The notes beneath the pieces are model-generated. The model ran no database searches, was not told the origin of the DNA, and was given only the letters and a program-made list of their open reading frames with translations. Position numbers and translations under genes: made by a program. From the NCBI GenBank assembly GCA_029863385.1, contig JAOTVU010000003.1:65-64064 (forward strand): a DNA stretch of 64,000 nucleotides, written 5' to 3'. Below, one piece after another: positions 52,456 to 62,030 of this stretch. The number at the start of each line of letters is the position of its first letter. Position 1 is the stretch's first letter. The stretch comes from Acidimicrobiia bacterium. Its GTDB lineage: Bacteria > Actinomycetota > Acidimicrobiia > Acidimicrobiales > SZUA-35.

Positions 52456-53366
52456 TGGATTCCCTTCCTGCCGACACCGATCGATCGGTTGACCGGTACG
52501 GCGAGATGCTCGCCTCGGGCCCGGGCGGTCGCTGCCGCCACCGCCCGCTGGGCCATGACCCCGACGGTGTGGCGCCGGTAGGCGTCGGAGGCCCGCAGAT
52601 CGGAGATCGGTGTGGCCTGGGCTCGAGCGGCATCGACCACGGCGGTGAGCAGGTCGTCGTCGACCGCTCGTCCGGTGAGGCCGTCGAGACCGGTGACCTC
52701 GAGGATCGTGGGCGCCACCGCGGTGAGCGCCACCCGAATCGAACTCAGCGTGCCGCCGTCGTGGAGTTCGACGGACGCGGCGGCCCCGACCACGGCGATC
52801 TCCATGGCCCGCCGGTATTCGAGACGCACATAGGCACTACCGGATGACGACGCCCGGGACGGGAGGAGGCAAGCCGTCAGCAGCTCATCGGCGGCGGCCG
52901 AGGTGCTGCCGGGGCCGGTCCAGAGCTCACCGGGTTCGACGACTCGTGTTCCCCGTCCGGATACCAGCTCGAACCGGGCTCCGAGCACCACGAGCGGCGC
53001 CCCGGTGTCCATGGCCGGTGAGCCGTTCATGATGTTGCCGCCGATCGTGCCGGCATGCCGGGTGGCGGGGGAGCCGACCAGGGCGGCACCGTCGGCGAGC
53101 GCAGTGTAGGAGTCGACGATGGCGGACTCGGTCATCAGCTCGGCGTGGGTGACGAGCGCGCCGATGCGCAGCTCGCCGGTGCCATCGTCGATCTCGAAGC
53201 CGGCGAGGTCGCTGATCCGGTCGATGGCGACCAGACGGTCGGGGAGCGGCGCCTTGCCCTGGCGATGACCGACCACGAGGTCGGTGCCTCCGGCCAGGAC
53301 CCGGGCACCGTCGGCCATCAGGGCGACGGCCTCGTTGACCGTCGAGGCGATGGTGAAGGCGCTCAT
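52452..53366 (-). CDS. Molybdenum hydroxylase FAD-binding medium subunit (CoxM/XdhB-like)
   Basis: LAGGTDL, GTIGGN and PISDLRASDAYR. ATGA overlaps with both neighbours. Confidence 0.93.
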   Translation of the reverse strand: MSAFTIASTVNEAVALMADGARVLAGGTDLVVGHRQGKAPLPDRLVAIDRISDLAGFEIDDGTGELRIGALVTHAELMTESAIVDSYTALADGAALVGSPATRHAGTIGGNIMNGSPAMDTGAPLVVLGARFELVSGRGTRVVEPGELWTGPGSTSAAADELLTACLLPSRASSSGSAYVRLEYRRAMEIAVVGAAASVELHDGGTLSSIRVALTAVAPTILEVTGLDGLTGRAVDDDLLTAVVDAARAQATPISDLRASDAYRRHTVGVMAQRAVAAATARARGEHLAVPVNRSIGVGRKGIQ

Positions 53367-55684
53367 CGGTCGCCTCCAGTCCCGGCGCCGGATTCGCTGT
53401 CGGGATCCTGCATGGCCGTCCAGATGCGTTCCGCGGTCATGGGAAGTTGCCGGACCGGGCGGCCGACCAGTTTCGCCACGGCGTTGGCGATGGCGGCGGC
53501 AGTGGCGACGTTCGGTGCTTCGGCCAGCCCCTTGGCCCCTTTCGGACCCTGACCGGGGGTTCCGGATTGGATGAAGTCGACGGTTACCTCCGGCCCGTCG
53601 GCCGCTGTCTGGAGCTTGTACTCGAGCAGCATCGGGTTGCGCTGGCGGCCCTCGTCGTCGTAGACCGTGCCTTCGGTGAGAGCCTGGCCGATGCCCATCA
53701 TGATCCCGCCGTGCACCTGGCCGAGCGCCCCCATCGGGTTGATGATCGTGCCGGAATCGTGGGCCGCCGCCACCTCCAGGACCCGGACCACACCGGTGTC
53801 GCGATCGAGGCGGATGCGCACGGCGTGGCACGAGAACTGGGGGGAGGCCCAGGCCGCAACGCCGTGGTCGCCAACGCAGGTGGCGCCGACCAGTTCCGGA
53901 TACTCGCCGGGCGTGCCCGAACCGTGCCCGAGCAGCAACTCGCCGCCGGCCGCCACGGCCGCCAACTCGGCGATCGGGACCGAGGTGGCAGGGCTGCCGG
54001 CCACCGAGGCGGCCCCGTCGACCAGCACGATGTCACCGATCGCGGCCTCCAACCGCTCGGCCGCCAGCGCCTTCAACTGGGCGGCCACCTGTTGTGAGGC
54101 CTCGACCACGGCCCGGCCGTTGTTGAGCAGCGTCTGGGAGCCGGTGGCGCCGGTGTCATAGGGAGCGGCCGCCGTGTCCTGGTAGACGATCTCGAAGTCC
54201 GTGGGGTCCATGCCCAGCTCGTCGGCCGCGAGGTCGCGGAGCGTCATGACGGCGCCCGTCCCGCATTCCTGGGCGCCGGTGACGATCTGGCCCTTGCCGT
54301 CGTCGTCGATGCGGACATAGGCTCCGGAGGCGCCGGGGAAGCTCGGCCACCAGCCGACGGCCACACCGATCGCCTCGTCGTCTGTCCCGTTTGCCTGCGT
54401 GTCGGGGTCGTAGCCGATGCGGTCGACGGCCGTGTTCAGACACTCGGCCAGACCGATGTCGCCGTAGGTCTGCCCGGCGGGTCCCACCGAACTGTTGGTC
54501 ACGATGTTGCGACGGCGGAACTCGACCGGGTCCATGCCGACGGCTCGGGCCAGTTCGTCGGTGTGGGATTCGAGCGCCCAGCAGGCCTGCGGTGCGGTCG
54601 GGGCCCGCACCGACCCGGACGGCTGATGGTTGGTGTAGACCAGGCGGGCGTCGACGTGCAGATTCGGTATCCGATAGGGTCCGGCGACGTGCATGGCCGC
54701 GATCTGGGGGAAGAAGGCGGCATCGGCGATGTAGGCGCCGTTGTCGATCACCAGTCCGCCGGTTCGGGCCACGATGGCGCCCTCGGCATCGAGCCCGGTG
54801 GTGATGTCGACCACCATGCCCTCCCGGCGCCGATCGGGGGCCAGGAACTCCTCCCGGCGGCTGAACACCAACTTGACCGGGCGTTTGGCCGCCCGGGCCA
54901 GCGCCGCAATGTGGGCCTCGTAGTGGAATCCGCACTTGCCGCCGAAGCCGCCGCCCAGGTGGGGGACGATGACCCGAACCCGGTTGGTCGGCAGCCCGAG
55001 GGTCTGGCAGACACCGGCCCGGGCGTTGTAGGGGACCTGTGTCGAGCTGTGGATGGTGACCCGGTTGCCCTCCCACTGGGCCACGACCGCCCGTGGTTCG
55101 ATGGGGACGGCGTGACTGGCGTCGGCCACGTAGCGGCTCGATACGACGGTGTGAGCGCCGGCCATGGCCCCCTCGGCATCACCACGGGAGATCGACGAGA
55201 AGGAGGCCACGTTGCGGTCCCGAACCGTCTCGGGGTCGGCGTCGTAGCCCGCCCAGTCGGGGTGGACGAGCGGGCTGTCGGGCTCCAGAGCGGCCTCGGG
55301 ATCGACGACGGGGGGCAGCGGCTCGTAGACGACGTCGATGGCGTCCGCCGCGGCCTGAGCCGCCTCCGTCGACGTGGCCGCGACGGCGGCGACGATCTCC
55401 CCCTCGAACCGCACGACGTCACGGGCGAAGAGTCGGCGATCGGCCACACCGGCCGAATAGCGGACGTCGGGTACGTCGTCGGCTGTCAACACGGCCAGCA
55501 CACCGGGCATCGCCCTGGCTCGGGAGGTGTCGAGCGACACGATCCGGGCATGGGGGTGATCGGCGTAGCGGAACTTGGCCCACAGCATGCCGGGGAGCAC
55601 CAGATCCGCGGCGTAACGCCCGCTTCCGGTGACTTTGTCCGGGCCGTCGGCACGGACGAAAGGAGGAACGTCAACGGCTGTCAT
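53363..55684 (-). CDS. Xanthine dehydrogenase family molybdopterin-binding large subunit
   Basis: KVTGSGRY, GGGFGGK, active-site loop VRAPTAPQ and catalytic Glu in AKGLAE. Confidence 0.93.
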   Translation of the reverse strand: MTAVDVPPFVRADGPDKVTGSGRYAADLVLPGMLWAKFRYADHPHARIVSLDTSRARAMPGVLAVLTADDVPDVRYSAGVADRRLFARDVVRFEGEIVAAVAATSTEAAQAAADAIDVVYEPLPPVVDPEAALEPDSPLVHPDWAGYDADPETVRDRNVASFSSISRGDAEGAMAGAHTVVSSRYVADASHAVPIEPRAVVAQWEGNRVTIHSSTQVPYNARAGVCQTLGLPTNRVRVIVPHLGGGFGGKCGFHYEAHIAALARAAKRPVKLVFSRREEFLAPDRRREGMVVDITTGLDAEGAIVARTGGLVIDNGAYIADAAFFPQIAAMHVAGPYRIPNLHVDARLVYTNHQPSGSVRAPTAPQACWALESHTDELARAVGMDPVEFRRRNIVTNSSVGPAGQTYGDIGLAECLNTAVDRIGYDPDTQANGTDDEAIGVAVGWWPSFPGASGAYVRIDDDGKGQIVTGAQECGTGAVMTLRDLAADELGMDPTDFEIVYQDTAAAPYDTGATGSQTLLNNGRAVVEASQQVAAQLKALAAERLEAAIGDIVLVDGAASVAGSPATSVPIAELAAVAAGGELLLGHGSGTPGEYPELVGATCVGDHGVAAWASPQFSCHAVRIRLDRDTGVVRVLEVAAAHDSGTIINPMGALGQVHGGIMMGIGQALTEGTVYDDEGRQRNPMLLEYKLQTAADGPEVTVDFIQSGTPGQGPKGAKGLAEAPNVATAAAIANAVAKLVGRPVRQLPMTAERIWTAMQDPDSESGAGTGGDR

Positions 55685-55727
55685 GGGCCGATCATAGGAC
55701 CGGCCGGCGATCGTGCGCCACCGGCTG

Positions 55728-57524
55728 TCAGCCCTTCCGTCGGTTCTGCTGCTGCTTCTTCTGCTTGGCCTCGTTCTCCCGCCGCTTCTGGATGTTGGCC
55801 CACTCGTCGCGGAGGCCGACGGTGCGGTGGAAGACCGAGGTGTCGTCGGGATCGACGGCGAAGTAGCCGAGACGTTCGAACTGCACCACCTGGCCCGGCT
55901 CGACTTCGGTCAGCGCCGGTTCGAGCTTCGCCTCGGTCAGCGTCTCGCAGGAGAGGGGGTTGAGGCTGTCGAGCGGATCGGCGCCGCCTTCACCGGGGTA
56001 CGGGTCGGTGAACAGCCGATCATAGAGGTTGACCGTCGCACCGATGGCGTGCGCGGCCGACACCCAGTGAATCGTGGCCTTGACCTTGCGGCCGTCGGGG
56101 GTCGAGCCGCCCTCGCTCTCCGGATCGTAGGTGCAGTACACGGTGGTGACGTTGCCGGCGCCGTCGGTCTCGACGTCGGTGGCGGTGATGTAGAAGCCTG
56201 CCCGTAGCCTCACCTCCCGCCCGATGGAGAGGCGATAGTACTTCGGCGGCGGATCGAGCTTGAAATCGTCCTGTTCGATCCACAGTTCGCCGCTGAACGG
56301 CACCAGGCGCTTGCCGGCCGTGGGATCCTCGGGATTGTTGATCGCTTCGAGCTCCACCACGCCGTTCTGAACACCGTCGTCGGGCCAGTTCGTGATCACC
56401 ACCCGCAACGGTCGCAGCACGGCCATGCGGCGCAGTGCCGACTGGTTCAGCTCGGTGCGCACGAACGATTCGAGCAGCTCGATCTCGCTGGTGGAGTTGG
56501 TCTTGGCGATGCCGACCCGGTCGACGAAGGCCCTGATGGCGGAAGCCGGGTAACCCCGTCTCCGCATCCCTCGGACGGTCGGCATGCGGGGATCGTCCCA
56601 ACCGTCGACGACACCCTCGGTGACGAGCTGCAGCAGATGCCGCTTCGACATGAGGGTGTGGGTCAGGCCCAGTCGGGCGAATTCCGTCTGCTCCGGCTTC
56701 TCATAGGGCAGATCGAGGTGCTCGAGAAACCAGTCGTAGACCGCGTTGTGGTCGGCGAACTCCAGCGTGCACAGCGAGTGGGTGACGCCCTCGATGGCAT
56801 CGCCCTGACCGTGGGCCCAGTCGTAGGAGGGGTAGATGATCCATTTGTCGCCGGCCCGGTAGTGCGTCTCCCGGCGGATCCGGTACATGACCGGGTCCCG
56901 CATCTGCATGTTGTCGGCCTGCATGTCGATCTTCGCCCGCAGCACCTTGGCCCCGTCCGGGTAGGCGCCGTCGCGCATGCCCCGGAACAGCTCGAGGTTC
57001 TCTGCGGGGGAGCGATCGCGGTAGGGACTCTCGATGCCGGGCTTGCCGAAGCGGCCCCGTTGCTCGGAGATGGTGTCGGCGTCCTGATCGTCGACGTAGG
57101 CCAGACCTTTGCCGATCAGGTCTTCGGCCCACTCGTAGAGCTGGTCGAAGTAGTCGGAGCAGTAATAGATGTTCGGGGGTGTGTAGCCGAGCCAGTCGAG
57201 ATCGTCCAGGATGGCGTCGACGTACTCCTGCTTCTCGGTCTCCGGATTGGTGTCGTCGAAGCGGACGTTGCACACGCCGCCGAATTCGTCGGCGATGCCG
57301 AAGTTCAGGGCGATCGACTTGGCGTGGCCGATGTGGAGGTAGCCGTTGGGCTCCGGGGGGAAGCGAGTTTGTACCCGCTGTGAGAACCGGCCGGACTGGT
57401 TGTCCTGGATCACCTTGGCTCGGATGAAGTCGACGCCGACGGTCCGGTCGTCGCTGGTGGTGTCGGTGGCACTGCCGTCGGTGGTGGCAGCGCCGTCGGT
57501 GGTGTTCACGGCATCGGTACTCAC
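55728..57524 (-). CDS. glnS: Glutaminyl-tRNA synthetase
   Basis: TRFPPEPNGYLHIGHAK, MRDPVMYRI, THSLCTLEF, MSKR, GWDDPRMPT, IHWVS and QFERLGYF (GlnRS beta-barrel anticodon domain). Confidence 0.95.
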   Translation of the reverse strand: MSTDAVNTTDGAATTDGSATDTTSDDRTVGVDFIRAKVIQDNQSGRFSQRVQTRFPPEPNGYLHIGHAKSIALNFGIADEFGGVCNVRFDDTNPETEKQEYVDAILDDLDWLGYTPPNIYYCSDYFDQLYEWAEDLIGKGLAYVDDQDADTISEQRGRFGKPGIESPYRDRSPAENLELFRGMRDGAYPDGAKVLRAKIDMQADNMQMRDPVMYRIRRETHYRAGDKWIIYPSYDWAHGQGDAIEGVTHSLCTLEFADHNAVYDWFLEHLDLPYEKPEQTEFARLGLTHTLMSKRHLLQLVTEGVVDGWDDPRMPTVRGMRRRGYPASAIRAFVDRVGIAKTNSTSEIELLESFVRTELNQSALRRMAVLRPLRVVITNWPDDGVQNGVVELEAINNPEDPTAGKRLVPFSGELWIEQDDFKLDPPPKYYRLSIGREVRLRAGFYITATDVETDGAGNVTTVYCTYDPESEGGSTPDGRKVKATIHWVSAAHAIGATVNLYDRLFTDPYPGEGGADPLDSLNPLSCETLTEAKLEPALTEVEPGQVVQFERLGYFAVDPDDTSVFHRTVGLRDEWANIQKRRENEAKQKKQQQNRRKG

Positions 57525-57723
57525 CCCCGCAGAGTACCGGCGTCGGTCATGGGCTCGGGCCCGATTCCCCCAGGTTTCGCGTTCTGGAAACACTGGACAG
57601 CGATCCGGTTGGCCACTCGTTCTGGGGCCGTCCGGTCCCACTTCCGGGTCTTGGGAACCCCGGAACCTGACTGCCACCGGTCGATCGGATGCCGTCCACG
57701 CGGCCGAGGTTTAGGCTGTCGAG

Positions 57724-59403
57724 ATGACCGACGCCACGACCGACATCTTTGTGCTCAGTGACCAGGCAACCGATCTCGCCGCCGCAGCCGACCCGATCCA
57801 CGCCACAATGGCCGGCGTGTCCGGCCATGACCACGAATGGCCGGACCTGTCGCCCGCGGGCTACGAGCAGCGAGCCGATGTCTGGGCCGACATCGCCCGA
57901 CGGGCGCACCGCTGCGAGATACGCAATGACCGGGAGCGGCTGGCGCAACACGTCCTCCTCGATGAGTGCAACCTCGTCGCCACGCTGACCGATGCAGGCG
58001 AGCATCTGCGGAACCTCAACAACATCGCCAGCCCGCACCAGGATCTCAGGATGGTGTTCGGATCCAATGACACCCAATCCCGCGAGGGGTGGGATGCGGT
58101 CCTCCGTCGCCTCGAATCGCTGCCGACGGCGCTCGAAAGCTATCGGCAAAGCCTCGAGGAAGGCCGCACCAGGGGCCTCGCCGTCGCCCGCCGTCAGGTC
58201 GAGGCCGCGCTGTCGCAGGGTCGCCTGGCCACCGGGCCCGACTCGAGTTTCGACCAGCTGCTGGCCAAGCTCGATGCCTGGGGTGAGGCGTCCGAGTCGT
58301 TCACCGCGGCCGTCACCACGGCAGTCGAGGGAGCCAAGGCGGCGTTCAACGGCTTCAACAGGTACCTCGAAGCCACGTACGCCCCCCACGCCGTGGAGGC
58401 CGACGGCGTCGGCCGCGAACGCTACGCCATGCTGGCCGGCCTCTACCTCGGGACCTCGCTGGACCTGGAGGAGACCTACAGGTGGGGCTGGAACGAGGTG
58501 GAGCGACTGTGGGCCGAGCTGCAGGCGGTGGCGGCCGAGATCGACTCGTCGAAGTCGTCGGCCGACGTGTTCGACATGTTGATGACCGACCCGGCCTACG
58601 CGATGACGTCGACCGATGAGTTCATCGCTCTCATGAAGGACCGCCAGTTGCAGGCGTTGGAACAACTCGATGGTTCGCACTTCGACGTGCCGGAGCCGAT
58701 CAGGACGATCAACGTGCAGGTCGAGCCAGCGGGCGGCGCCTCAGCGGCATCCTACGTCGGCCCCTCGGAAGACTTCACCCGACCCGGTTCCATCTGGTAT
58801 CCGATCGAGGGGAAGACCTTCCTGCCGCTGTTCCAGGAGATCACCACCGCCTACCATGAGGGATTCCCCGGTCACCATCTACAGGTCGGGGTCCAGATCT
58901 GCCAGGGCGATCGCCTGTCCCGCTTTCACCGCACGTGGGTCTGGTATCCCGGATCGGGGGAGGGCTGGGCGCTCTACGCCGAGCGGTTCATGGACGAACT
59001 CGGCTATCTGGAGCGACCGGAGTATCGAGCTGGGCTGCTGACCAGCCAACTGTTCCGATCCTGTCGGGTGGCCATCGACATCGGCGCTCACCTCGATCTT
59101 CCGATCCCGGACGACGTCAGCTTCCACCCCGGTGAGTCGTGGACATTCGACCTGGCCTACGAACTGCTGCGAACCCGGGCGCTGTTGAGCCATGACGAAG
59201 CCGAGTCGGAGGTGATCCGCTATCTCGGCTGGCCGGGTCAGGCCATCTCGTACAAGGTGGGGGAGCAGGCCATTCTCGACCTCCGGGAAGAGCACGGCGG
59301 CCGCCCCGACTTCGACCTGAAGACCTTCCACGCCGATCTGCTGGCCGTCGGCTCGGTCGGCCTCGACGTCCTCCGATCCCACATGGGGTCAGCGCCGGGC
59401 TGA
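57724..59403 (+). CDS. DUF885 domain metallopeptidase-like protein
   Basis: HEGFPGHHLQ, EGWALYAE, RYLGWPGQAISYKVG and FDLKTFH. Confidence 0.92.
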   Translation: MTDATTDIFVLSDQATDLAAAADPIHATMAGVSGHDHEWPDLSPAGYEQRADVWADIARRAHRCEIRNDRERLAQHVLLDECNLVATLTDAGEHLRNLNNIASPHQDLRMVFGSNDTQSREGWDAVLRRLESLPTALESYRQSLEEGRTRGLAVARRQVEAALSQGRLATGPDSSFDQLLAKLDAWGEASESFTAAVTTAVEGAKAAFNGFNRYLEATYAPHAVEADGVGRERYAMLAGLYLGTSLDLEETYRWGWNEVERLWAELQAVAAEIDSSKSSADVFDMLMTDPAYAMTSTDEFIALMKDRQLQALEQLDGSHFDVPEPIRTINVQVEPAGGASAASYVGPSEDFTRPGSIWYPIEGKTFLPLFQEITTAYHEGFPGHHLQVGVQICQGDRLSRFHRTWVWYPGSGEGWALYAERFMDELGYLERPEYRAGLLTSQLFRSCRVAIDIGAHLDLPIPDDVSFHPGESWTFDLAYELLRTRALLSHDEAESEVIRYLGWPGQAISYKVGEQAILDLREEHGGRPDFDLKTFHADLLAVGSVGLDVLRSHMGSAPG

Positions 59404-60477
59404 CAACCGCCGAACCTCGGTGAAGTGAGCGATCACGTCGGGCAGCCGGCAGTGGGCGTTCAGCCCGCTGGTGCTCGGCATCACATAGACCGGCCGTCCG
59501 CCCAGACTGCGGGGCTGGAGCCCGGCCTTCGCCCGCCGATCGACCGCAATCCGCCAGCCCGACAGGCCGACAAAACACACGACGCCGGGTTGGAGCCAGG
59601 CCACCAACCGTTCGATCCGGCCCAGCCCGGTGCGGTACTCGTCGTCGGCGAGTTCGTCGGCCCGCCGGGTGGCCCGCTTCACCAGGTCGGTCATCCCGAC
59701 CCCGTCACGATGGAGCGCACCGTGGGGATCACGGTCGACAGACACGACGCCGGCCGCCATCGCAGCTGACCAGAAACGATTGCTTCCGGTCACGAAGCCG
59801 ACGCCCGCCTCGGCGGCATGGATGGACGGGTTGAGACCGCACATCAGCACGTTCATATCCGCTCCGACGGTGTCGGGCAGGGTCGAGCGGCGCCGGGCTC
59901 GGATCTCACGAAGACCGGGCCTCAACGTATCGGTCGATTCGACCCCGAAGCCGGCACCCTCCAACAGGTCGAGCAACCCGGGGTCGGTCCACCGCGAGAT
60001 CAGGCGTCCGGGGAACAGATCGGTCGAGCGGCCATCAGTACCCCAGGGCCCCCGACCGTGACCTTCAGCATCGAGAACGAATTCGAACAGCACCGGTGCG
60101 TTGGTCGACAGACAGCGATGCAAATCGGCCAGCGCCATCGGATTGTCGACCGCCCGCACGTGGGTGTGAACGCGGCTGGCCACCGCACCGCCAAGGCTGC
60201 CGACGGCAAACGGCAGCGCGCTGACGGAGGCCTGGACGAGCGGTGCGTTGATCCGCTCTCGGGCGATCTGCAGCATCGCAGCCGCCGCATCCAAACCGAT
60301 GGCCGGTGCTCGCAGCGGCTCCAGGTGCCAGCCCGGACCGCAACCCAGATCGGCAATCGGAAGGTCGTCGATCCGCATCGCCTCGAGCCAGGTCATGGCG
60401 GCCAGGTGGTGTGGTGCTCGTTGCGCCGTCCACGCCGCTGCCCGCTCCTCGTAGACGTCGACCGTCGGCCGGTCCAC
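59389..60477 (-). CDS. Class I SAM methyltransferase fused to a G/U mismatch-specific DNA glycosylase (MUG/TDG family)
   Basis: N-terminal DLGCGPG. C-terminal LPD...CGLNPS, NRFW, GMTDLVKR and MPSTSGLNAH. Confidence 0.85.
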   Translation of the reverse strand: MDRPTVDVYEERAAAWTAQRAPHHLAAMTWLEAMRIDDLPIADLGCGPGWHLEPLRAPAIGLDAAAAMLQIARERINAPLVQASVSALPFAVGSLGGAVASRVHTHVRAVDNPMALADLHRCLSTNAPVLFEFVLDAEGHGRGPWGTDGRSTDLFPGRLISRWTDPGLLDLLEGAGFGVESTDTLRPGLREIRARRRSTLPDTVGADMNVLMCGLNPSIHAAEAGVGFVTGSNRFWSAAMAAGVVSVDRDPHGALHRDGVGMTDLVKRATRRADELADDEYRTGLGRIERLVAWLQPGVVCFVGLSGWRIAVDRRAKAGLQPRSLGGRPVYVMPSTSGLNAHCRLPDVIAHFTEVRRLSARR

Positions 60478-60483
60478 GAGACG

Positions 60484-61134
60484 TCAGACCCAGTGGGCGA
60501 ACGACTCCAGGGGGAGCCGCTCGGACCGCAGCGCGTTGACCGGATGATCGTCGTCCTTGTAGCCGATCGCCACGCCGCAGAAGAGCATCAGTTCGTCGGG
60601 AGCGCCGACGAACTCGGCCACCGCCCGGCAGCGGTTCGTCCAGATCTCCTGCGGGCAGGTCGAAAGGCCGGCCTCCTCGCACAGCAGCATCAGCGTCTGG
60701 AGATACATGCCGCAATCCGACCACTGCGGCGGCAGCATCCGCTGGTGGAGAAAACAGAAGATGGCGGCGGGCGCACCGAAGAACCGGTAGTTCTCCATCA
60801 TGCGTTCGAGCCGGCCGGCCCGGTCCTCGCGCCCGATGCCGAGCAGCTCGTACATCTGCTCGCCGAGTTCGAATCGTGCGGTTCGGTGCGGCTCCCACAA
60901 CTTCGGCGGGTAGATGGTGTAGCCGGGCTCCTCGATCTCGCGGTCGGCGATGAACGTCTGGAAGCGATGCATCGACTCGCCGTTCACGACGTAGATCTTC
61001 CATGGTTGGATATTGCCGCCCGACGGGGCCCGAGCCGCCTTGGTCAACAACTCGGCCAGCGTCTCATCCGGCACAGGGGTGTCGAGAAAGGCTCGACAGG
61101 ACATTCGTTGGTCGACCGCTTTGGACACATCCAC
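60484..61134 (-). CDS. Nitroreductase family protein
   Basis: RMSCRAF, APSGGNIQPW, FFGAP, GLSTCPQ and GVAIGY. GTG start at 61134. Confidence 0.9.
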   Translation of the reverse strand: MDVSKAVDQRMSCRAFLDTPVPDETLAELLTKAARAPSGGNIQPWKIYVVNGESMHRFQTFIADREIEEPGYTIYPPKLWEPHRTARFELGEQMYELLGIGREDRAGRLERMMENYRFFGAPAAIFCFLHQRMLPPQWSDCGMYLQTLMLLCEEAGLSTCPQEIWTNRCRAVAEFVGAPDELMLFCGVAIGYKDDDHPVNALRSERLPLESFAHWV

Positions 61135-61202
61135 GTCGGTCAGGATGGCCGTCGGCGACGCCGGCCGCAACTCGACGGCCGGAACGCCCGGCCGGGCGTC
61201 CG

Positions 61203-62027
61203 TCAGCTGAGCAGCAGCCGGTGCAGCCGGCGACGGGCCACGACACCGAAGATCAATCCCATGATCGTCAGGTAAGCGACGTGGACGAGGTCGGTCCAGC
61301 CGGTGGCGCCGAGCGCAAGGGCCCGGGTCAGGTCGACGGCGTGGAACAGGGGAGTGGCCCACACGATCGGTTGGGCCCAGTCCGGGAACACCGCCAGCGG
61401 GAAGAAAGCGGTGGAGGCGAGGAACATCGGCTGGACGACGAGGTCCATGATGTCGAAATCGGTCCAGGCCCGGGCGTAACTGGTGAGCGTCGCACCGACG
61501 GCACCGAACGCCCACCCGGTGAGCAGGGTTGCCGGCCAGGCCGACAGGGCGTTCAGCGGCTCGGCCAGGTCCAGTCCGATGAGTGTGAGTACGAAGAAAC
61601 CGGAGTAGATGGCGCCCCGCGCCACGGCCCACGAGAGTTCGCCGCCGACGAGCCCGCCGATCGTCAACGGCGTGACCAGCATCCCCTCGTATTGCCGCGA
61701 CTCCCGCAACTTGAAGAAGAAGTTGTAGGTGGTGTCGAAGAGCGTTCCGTTCATGGCCGACGACGCCATGAGGCCCGGCCCGATGAAGGCGGCGTAGGTC
61801 ACGACATCACCCCGAAAGGACAGATCCCCGATGATGGCCCCCATGCCGTAGCCCATGCCGAGGAGGTACATCAGCGGCTCGACGATGCCGCTGGCCAACG
61901 TCAACCACATGCGCCGATACGACACCAGATTGTGCTCGAATACCCGGAGGACCCCGGTGAGCAGACCGGGAACCGGCCGGTCGCCGCGCCCGGCGGTGGC
62001 GGGGCGGGAAGCAGTCGACGGAAGCAC
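61203..62027 (-). CDS. ABC-2 transporter permease (NodJ-like)
   Basis: EPLMYLLGMGYG, YAAFIGPGL, YEGMLVTPL and PLFHAVDLTR. Start uncertain. Confidence 0.9.
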   Translation of the reverse strand: MLPSTASRPATAGRGDRPVPGLLTGVLRVFEHNLVSYRRMWLTLASGIVEPLMYLLGMGYGMGAIIGDLSFRGDVVTYAAFIGPGLMASSAMNGTLFDTTYNFFFKLRESRQYEGMLVTPLTIGGLVGGELSWAVARGAIYSGFFVLTLIGLDLAEPLNALSAWPATLLTGWAFGAVGATLTSYARAWTDFDIMDLVVQPMFLASTAFFPLAVFPDWAQPIVWATPLFHAVDLTRALALGATGWTDLVHVAYLTIMGLIFGVVARRRLHRLLLS

Positions 62028-62030
62028 GAT

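Noticed and set aside
51961-55684. Aerobic CO dehydrogenase
   Set aside because: The active-site loop lacks AYRCSFR/AYRGAGR, the order is L-M-S, and no cox accessory genes are present.
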